Of a stretch of 64,000 bases of DNA, positions 58,007 to 64,000 are shown piece after piece. The notes beneath the pieces are model-generated. The model made no database searches. It had not been told where the DNA came from and saw nothing but the letters and a program-made list of their open reading frames with translations. The stretch is taken from NCBI GenBank assembly GCA_017416915.1, contig JAFQAN010000036.1, forward strand, positions 11,334 through 75,333. Direction: 5' to 3'. The stretch is from Alistipes sp. (GTDB taxonomy: Bacteria; Bacteroidota; Bacteroidia; Bacteroidales; Rikenellaceae). Positions within the stretch are counted from its first letter, which is position 1; the number at the start of each line of letters is the position of its first letter. Both the position numbers and the translations under genes were made by a program.

Positions 58007-58014
58007 CAAAGATA
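58007..58014 (-). promoter_or_regulatory. -7 promoter element for the GH2 gene
   Basis: tatctttg on the minus strand. Confidence 0.55.
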
Positions 58015-58096
58015 CAAATAAACGAAAAAAATTACTAACTTCGTGCGAAATATTGGGTTGAGAAAACCTCAAAAAAGTAACTTAACGACACCGATT

Positions 58097-58762
58097 ATGA
58101 TTGATATTTTAGTTGCTATTGCCGCCGTTTGGGCTTTTATCTTGGGTCTGCGCCGCGGTATGATTGTTCAACTCTGCCACCTTGTAGGACTCTACGTCGC
58201 TATACTCATAGCACCCACCATCGCCTCGCCCATAGGCTCGCTACTTATGGACGACCCAGGCAAGGCTTATATCGCAGGCTTCGGCATTGTGGTTGCCGTG
58301 GTGCTTCTGGTGGTGTGGTTAGTAGCGCCGCTACTGCGCTCGATAGTCATCTGGCGCCCTGCACGGCAGTTAGACAGCCTACTGGGCGGTGTGCTTAACC
58401 TCGCCACAATGGTACTCGTTACCGCCGTACTCTTCTCGGTATTCGACCGTGCCAACATCAGCGAGAAGCCGCGTTGGGAGAGGATTGGCGACCTTGTGGC
58501 AGAGTGCGAGAGCGACGAAGAGCTACGCGAAAAGATACTATCGCTGGAAAACGGACAGGGCGAGATGCGCGAATACTTCTATCCGCGCCTCGTAGAGTAC
58601 GAGACACTCGACGCCTCGGCGACATTCACCCCTCTGGCACACCTTGGCGATAGGCTATGTCCCACGCTCGGCAAGATTGACGAGCTTATACAGCAGGAGG
58701 CAGCCAACGCCGTACTCGGCGGTGATGTTATTGTGTGGGGCAAGGAGTTTTCACAGCAATAA
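58097..58762 (+). CDS. CvpA family membrane protein
   Basis: GLRRGMI.QL, LDSLLGGVL; four TM segments. Confidence 0.75.
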   Translation: MIDILVAIAAVWAFILGLRRGMIVQLCHLVGLYVAILIAPTIASPIGSLLMDDPGKAYIAGFGIVVAVVLLVVWLVAPLLRSIVIWRPARQLDSLLGGVLNLATMVLVTAVLFSVFDRANISEKPRWERIGDLVAECESDEELREKILSLENGQGEMREYFYPRLVEYETLDASATFTPLAHLGDRLCPTLGKIDELIQQEAANAVLGGDVIVWGKEFSQQ

Positions 58763-58774
58763 ACCTATTTTAGA

Positions 58775-59698
58775 ATGGAGCAACTACTCGAAGGCACGGT
58801 AATCAGCTCTACGGGCAGCTGGTACGAAGTCGAGACTGCTGAGGGCAGGCTCAACTGCCGCATACGTGGACGTCTGAGGCTCAAAGGCATACGTTCGACA
58901 AACCCCGTCGTCGTGGGCGACCGCGTAAGGGTCGAACCCGACAACGACAGTAGCGCAATAGTGGAGATTCTACCACGCCGCAACTACGTCATACGCCGCG
59001 CCTCGAACCTCTCGAAGGAGTCGCATATCATCGCCGCCAACATCGACCGAGCGCTGCTCATCGTAACGCTGCACTCGCCAGCCACGCCGCGCGAGTTTGT
59101 CGATAGGTTTTTGGTTACGTGCGAGGCATACAAGATACCCGTAACCATCGCCTTGGGCAAGGCAGATACGCTTACGGGCGAGCATCACGACGAGGCGGAG
59201 GAGTTTTGCGCCATATACCGCGATGCGGGTTACGACGTCGTTCGCCTATCCTCGACCACAGGCGAGGGCGTTGAGCATATCGCCTCGATGCTATCGGGGC
59301 GCACAACGCTTGTGGCAGGCAACTCGGGCGTGGGTAAATCGACACTCATAGGCACCATCGCCCCCGACGTAGAGATACGCACGGGCGAAATCTCCGAGAG
59401 CCACCATAAGGGCAAGCACACCACCACATTTTCGACGATGTACCGCATCCACGACGGATATATCATCGACACGCCAGGCATCAAGGGCTTCGGTCTTATC
59501 GACATCGACGACAGGGAGCTATGCCGCTACTTTCCCGAGATGATGCGCCTCGCCCCCGACTGCCGCTTCTACAACTGCACACACACACACGAGCCAGGCT
59601 GCGCCGTGCGTAGCGCCGTAGAGGAGGGTATGGTGGCGTGGTCGCGCTACGAGAGCTACCTGAAAATATTGGACGAAGATGACAAATATCGCAAGTAG
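58775..59698 (+). CDS. rsgA: Ribosome small subunit-dependent GTPase A
   Basis: GNSGVGKSTL, KGKHTTT, DTPGIKGF, CRFYNCTHTHEPGC. Confidence 0.96.
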   Translation: MEQLLEGTVISSTGSWYEVETAEGRLNCRIRGRLRLKGIRSTNPVVVGDRVRVEPDNDSSAIVEILPRRNYVIRRASNLSKESHIIAANIDRALLIVTLHSPATPREFVDRFLVTCEAYKIPVTIALGKADTLTGEHHDEAEEFCAIYRDAGYDVVRLSSTTGEGVEHIASMLSGRTTLVAGNSGVGKSTLIGTIAPDVEIRTGEISESHHKGKHTTTFSTMYRIHDGYIIDTPGIKGFGLIDIDDRELCRYFPEMMRLAPDCRFYNCTHTHEPGCAVRSAVEEGMVAWSRYESYLKILDEDDKYRK

Positions 59699-60401
59699 AT
59701 TACGCACCGAGGAGCATAGCGACGCTTGGTTTCGCGAGCGCCTCGACTATATGACCCAATTTCTCACGGACGAGCGACAGCAGATACTGCGCCGCACCGT
59801 GGCACAGCGCACCCACTACGTGCGCATCCTCACCGAGAATATGTTTCATCCGCAGAATGCCAGCGCCATAATGCGCCACTGCGAGGCCTTCGGCGTGCAG
59901 CAGATACACACCGTCGAGGACCGCTGCCGCTTCGACCCGAGCGTAAACATCGTGCGCGGCACGCAGAAGTGGGTCGATGTGGAGCATCACGCCACCACCG
60001 CCGACGCCCTTGCCGCCCTACGCTCGGAGGGCTACCGCATCGTGGCAACAACACCGCACCGATGCAGCTCTACGCCCGAGACCTTCGACGTTACGAAGGG
60101 TAAGTTTGCCTTAGTCTTCGGCACCGAGCATGCAGGCATCTCGGACGAGGTTATAGCTGCGGCAGACGATTTCTTAATGATTCCGATGTGTGGTATGGTC
60201 GAGAGCCTCAACGTCTCGGCATCTGCCGCTATCCTTATATATATGCTCGCGGAGCGTGTGCGACAAAGTGTCGAGGGGTGGCAGCTCAGCGACGCGGAGC
60301 AGCTGCGACTGCTCACACGCTGGACACTGTCGAGCATCCGCGACTACGAGGGCATACTACGCCGCGCCGAGCAGTGCGGCAAACTGACGGTGGAGCGTTA
60401 G
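59679..60401 (+). CDS. TrmH/SpoU family RNA methyltransferase
   Basis: HPQNASAIMR, VFGTEHAGIS, IPMCGMVESLNVSAS. Confidence 0.9.
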   Translation: MTNIASRLRTEEHSDAWFRERLDYMTQFLTDERQQILRRTVAQRTHYVRILTENMFHPQNASAIMRHCEAFGVQQIHTVEDRCRFDPSVNIVRGTQKWVDVEHHATTADALAALRSEGYRIVATTPHRCSSTPETFDVTKGKFALVFGTEHAGISDEVIAAADDFLMIPMCGMVESLNVSASAAILIYMLAERVRQSVEGWQLSDAEQLRLLTRWTLSSIRDYEGILRRAEQCGKLTVER

Positions 60402-60436
60402 CAGCCGTTAGACATAATACTGTCAATAAAAGAGTT

Positions 60437-61630
60437 ATGATACTTAGAAAACAATTTTTGCAACACGTAGGACAGACCTCGCCGTCGCCTATGCTGATAG
60501 AGGTCGCCCGTGCCGAAGGCTCGTTCTTCTATACGCCCGAGGGCAAGCGCTACTTCGACCTTGTGGCGGGTGTGTCGGTGAGCAACGTAGGACACGGCAA
60601 TAGCGAGGTCATCGCCGCCGTGCAGAAGCAAGCAGCTGACTATATGCACATTATGGTCTATGGCGAGATGGTCGAGCGCCCGCAGGTGGAGTATGCTCGT
60701 CGCATCGCAGAGCTGCTGCCTGGGGCGCTGGACTGCGTCTATTTCGTCAGCTCGGGAGCAGAGGCTGTCGAGGTGGCGCTAAAACTCGCAAAACGCTATA
60801 CGGGACGTACAGAGCTTATCTCTATGCGCCGTGCCTACCACGGCTCGACACACGGTGCGATGTCGATGATGGGCGCCCCCGAAGGCGAGGAGTGGAAGGC
60901 TGCGTTCAGACCTCTGCTGCCCGATACGCGCGCCATCGAATTTAACTCCTTCGACGACCTTCGATATATCACCGAGCGCACGGCAGGAGTGCTTTGCGAG
61001 GTGGTGCAGGGCGAGGCGGGCATACGTCTTCCCAACCCCGAATGGCTGCACGCTCTGCGTGAGCGCTGCTCGGAGGTGGGTGCGCTGCTTATCTTCGACG
61101 AGATACAGACGGGTATGGGTCGCACGGGCGAGATGTTCGCCTCGACGAAGTATGGCGTAACGCCCGATGTGGTCTGCTTGGCAAAGGCTTTTGGTGGCGG
61201 TATGCCCCTCGGCGGCGTAGCGGCAAACAGCAAAATTTTAGACTCTTTTACGAATAACCCTTGCTTGGGTCATATAACGACGTTTGGCGGTCATCCTGTA
61301 TGCTGCGCCGCAGGTCTTGCAGCACTCAACTACCTGATAAATAACAATATCGTCGAGCAAGTCGAGGCTAAGGGCGAGCTGTTTGAAAGACTGCTTGCGG
61401 ACCATCCTCACGTCAAGGAGATTCGTCGCTCGGGACTTTTGATGGCTGTTGAGTTGGGCAGCTCGGAGCGCCTCTACGCGATGATGGATATGTTCAAGGA
61501 GGCGGGTATTATGAGCGACTGGTTTTTGTACTGCGACACGGCATTTAGAATCTCTCCGCCGCTCACAATTTCGGAGGGCGAAATTGAGGAGTGCTGCACG
61601 ATTATTCGCCGCGCACTCGACAGGCTGTAA
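60437..61630 (+). CDS. Class III PLP aminotransferase (ArgD-like)
   Basis: AYHGST, EVVQGEAG, FDEIQTGMGRTG, LAKAFGGG, TTFGGHP; start at MILRK. Confidence 0.9.
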   Translation: MILRKQFLQHVGQTSPSPMLIEVARAEGSFFYTPEGKRYFDLVAGVSVSNVGHGNSEVIAAVQKQAADYMHIMVYGEMVERPQVEYARRIAELLPGALDCVYFVSSGAEAVEVALKLAKRYTGRTELISMRRAYHGSTHGAMSMMGAPEGEEWKAAFRPLLPDTRAIEFNSFDDLRYITERTAGVLCEVVQGEAGIRLPNPEWLHALRERCSEVGALLIFDEIQTGMGRTGEMFASTKYGVTPDVVCLAKAFGGGMPLGGVAANSKILDSFTNNPCLGHITTFGGHPVCCAAGLAALNYLINNNIVEQVEAKGELFERLLADHPHVKEIRRSGLLMAVELGSSERLYAMMDMFKEAGIMSDWFLYCDTAFRISPPLTISEGEIEECCTIIRRALDRL

Positions 61631-61639
61631 AAAGATAGG

Positions 61640-61867
61640 ACGGCGGGACTGCGAGACAACGGGACTACGAGACCCCCGAAAAACACAGGCATTCTCAGGC
61701 GTTCCCAGGCGTTCTCAGCCATTCTCAGTCGTGCGCGGCAGTTTGTTGTGAGAGTGGTGCAGATGTGGTGCATCGCAAAAGAGAGCACCACGGGATAGTA
61801 CCAAAACGTACAGCCCGTGGTGTTTTACTTTTGGGATGTACCGCAGATGCGCCACTATCACAACAAA
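61640..61867 (+). repeat. Mosaic repeat locus 11: 8-mers, core, 10-mers, full hairpin 61742-61867
   Basis: Core at 61678-61690; tttgttgtgagagtgg...ccactatcacaacaaa. Confidence 0.92.
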
Positions 61868-61903
61868 TATCCCACTATTTTTTGTCATTTTAGTATTTTA
61901 TAC

Positions 61904-61911
61904 TAACTTTG
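61904..61911 (+). promoter_or_regulatory. -7 promoter element for the flippase/holB unit
   Basis: taactttg. Confidence 0.55.
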
Positions 61912-61953
61912 CCGCGTTGTGCGTATAATTAAGGGGTACGCACCACCCAAACA

Positions 61954-63435
61954 ATGTTAGAAAAACTCGCTAAACAGACTGCAATATACGGTATCAGCAC
62001 CATCGTCGTTCGTTTTCTGAACTACCTGCTGACACCCTACTATACCCGCATCTTCGACCAAGCGACATACGGTATCGTTACGGACATCTACGCACTGATA
62101 CCCTTCGCGCTCGTGGTGCTGTCGATGGGTATGGAGTCGAGCTACTTCCGCTTCTCGACACGTGCCGAGGAGGCGGGTGGTGATGTTGCAGAGGGTAAGC
62201 GACGCGTCTTTGCAACAACGTGGGGCGCAACAATCCTCAATGCCGTCATCTTCTTCGTCGTAGTGCTACTCTTCAACGCGCCAATATCGAGTGCTATGGG
62301 TGGTGCATACGTTCAGCACCCCGAATATGTGCCTATCGTGGCGGCAATCGTGATGGTCGATGTGTGGACGATGATACCCTTCTCGCGACTTAGGGAGCAG
62401 GGGCGCGCTATGCGTTTTGTGCTTCTCAAAGCCCTCAACGTGCTTCTCAACGTCTCACTCGCCATAGGCTTTGGCGTTGCGGGTCTCTATGCGTCGGCGT
62501 TTGGCGTAGGCTGGGTATTTGTTGCCAACCTCATTGCCAGCATCGTAACGCTTCTTCTGATACTTCCCTCGACCGAGCGCACCATACCGCGTATCGACAG
62601 GGCGCTGATGCGCAAGATATTGGTATATTCGCTACCACTGCTTATCAGCGGTGTGGCTGGTACGGCAAACGAGTTTATCGACCGTCAGATGATTAAGTAC
62701 CTCACCCCTGGTGGCGAGCTTGTGGCACTCGCCGAGTTGGGAATATATGGTGCGATAGTCAAGATTGCCGTAATTATGACGCTCTTTACGCAGATGTATC
62801 GTCTCGCCGCCGAGCCATTCTTCCTCGCAGGCTTCAAGAAGGAGGAGTTCAAGGAGGCAAATGCCGCGGCGATGAAGTACTTTGTGATGGCGTCGATGCT
62901 CATATTCTTGGGCATAGCCCTCTTCCGCGACATCTTCGCATATATCGTCGGCAGCGACTTCCGCGAGGGCATCGACATCCTACCGTTGGTACTGGCGGCA
63001 AACGTCTTGGCGGGAGTATGGTTTAACCTCTCGTTCTGGTACAAGCGCGAGGAGAAGACAAAATATGCGGCATACATCACCTTCCTCGGATTGGCGGTAA
63101 CCCTCGCGCTGAGCTTCCTGCTCGTGCCGAAGTGGGGCTACCGTGGTGCGGCGTGGGTACGCTTGGCTGCCGAGGCGGCAATGGTGGTGTGGAGCTACAT
63201 CCTCTGCCGCAAGCACTACCCCATACCCTACGACCTAAGGCGCATCGGCGAGTATGTAGCCCTCGCCGCGGCGATATATATCACCTCGGAGCTGCTGCTA
63301 CCACACCTACCCTACGCCGCGTGGATGGCACTCAACGTGCTACTCTTCGTATTTGCGGCGGGGTATGCCGTATGGCGCGAAAAGATTGACCTAAAAGCCC
63401 TTATAAGGGCGGTACTTAAACTTTCGACACGATGA
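61954..63435 (+). CDS. Polysaccharide biosynthesis / oligosaccharide flippase (MOP superfamily)
   Basis: LAKQTAIYGISTI, GMESSYFRF; about 12-14 TM segments. Confidence 0.88.
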   Translation: MLEKLAKQTAIYGISTIVVRFLNYLLTPYYTRIFDQATYGIVTDIYALIPFALVVLSMGMESSYFRFSTRAEEAGGDVAEGKRRVFATTWGATILNAVIFFVVVLLFNAPISSAMGGAYVQHPEYVPIVAAIVMVDVWTMIPFSRLREQGRAMRFVLLKALNVLLNVSLAIGFGVAGLYASAFGVGWVFVANLIASIVTLLLILPSTERTIPRIDRALMRKILVYSLPLLISGVAGTANEFIDRQMIKYLTPGGELVALAELGIYGAIVKIAVIMTLFTQMYRLAAEPFFLAGFKKEEFKEANAAAMKYFVMASMLIFLGIALFRDIFAYIVGSDFREGIDILPLVLAANVLAGVWFNLSFWYKREEKTKYAAYITFLGLAVTLALSFLLVPKWGYRGAAWVRLAAEAAMVVWSYILCRKHYPIPYDLRRIGEYVALAAAIYITSELLLPHLPYAAWMALNVLLFVFAAGYAVWREKIDLKALIRAVLKLSTR

Positions 63436-64000
63436 GATTTAGCGACATCATAGGACACGACGACCTAAAACAGAGGCTCGCAGCGCAGATTGACGCGGGA
63501 CGCATAAGCCACGCACAGCTATTCAGCGGCGCGGCAGGCCACGGCTCGCTGCCTCTGGCGCTGGCGTATGTGCAGTACCTCTTCTGCCCCAACCGCCACG
63601 ATGGCGACTCGTGTGGCGAGTGTCCCTCGTGCCGTCAGCTATCGGAGTTGGCGCACCCCGACCTACACTTCGTCTTTCCGGTGAACAAGCGCGAGAAGAG
63701 GTCGGGCGAGGCGATAATAAGCGACAACTTCATCGACCTATGGCGCGAGATATGGCGCGAGAAGAGCGGCATATTCTCATTGGAGGAGTGGAGCGACAGG
63801 CTCGACCTCGGCAAGACGATGAAGGGGATGATTACCGCCAAGGAGTCCGAGGAGATAATACGCAAACTCTCGTTCAAGAGCTTCTCGTCGGAGTATAAGG
63901 CGATGATAATATGGCTGCCCGAGACGATGAATCAGGAGGCGGCAAACAAGATTCTCAAAATCTTGGAGGAGCCGTGGGACAAGACCCTCTTCATACTTGT
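63432..64000 (+). CDS. holB: DNA polymerase III subunit delta', 3'-truncated by window edge
   Basis: Absent from the ORF track. Reads MRFSDIIGHDDLKQRL...HAQLF...SCGECPSCRQ...HPDLHFVFP...EAANKILKILEEP. Confidence 0.93.
   Translation, partial: MRFSDIIGHDDLKQRLAAQIDAGRISHAQLFSGAAGHGSLPLALAYVQYLFCPNRHDGDSCGECPSCRQLSELAHPDLHFVFPVNKREKRSGEAIISDNFIDLWREIWREKSGIFSLEEWSDRLDLGKTMKGMITAKESEEIIRKLSFKSFSSEYKAMIIWLPETMNQEAANKILKILEEPWDKTLFIL

Overview
Chromosomal segment of a Bacteroidota genome, most likely Rikenellaceae (Alistipes-like), inferred from gene content and TAnnTTTG promoters. It holds about 50 mostly housekeeping, envelope and carbohydrate genes and one tRNA-Thr(CGT). Named genes include cysC-cysD-cysN plus a sulfotransferase, a GH13 lipoprotein, tnaA, asd, PBP1A, murA, tdk, an RND efflux operon, glgB, kdsC, xerD, prmA, rsgA and holB. 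No transposase, CRISPR array or prophage is visible. The main unexplained structure is a modular intergenic repeat family at 11 loci. Ten loci carry a fixed core (AAAAACACAG[G/T]C) between an 8-mer array and a 10-mer array. Nine full 126-130 nt hairpin modules have divergent sequences but conserved mismatches and compensatory pairing. Six hairpin ends sit within a few nt of stop codons, and none of the repeats lies between divergent genes. Other oddities: a G10 tract frameshifts a small YxxP-type peptide upstream of a surface lipoprotein, a GH2 seems to lack both catalytic glutamates, YihY is fused to a Rossmann/DUF2520 domain, and a GH13 barrel carries an inserted starch-binding-like module. 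All family assignments come from motif recognition, not database searches.
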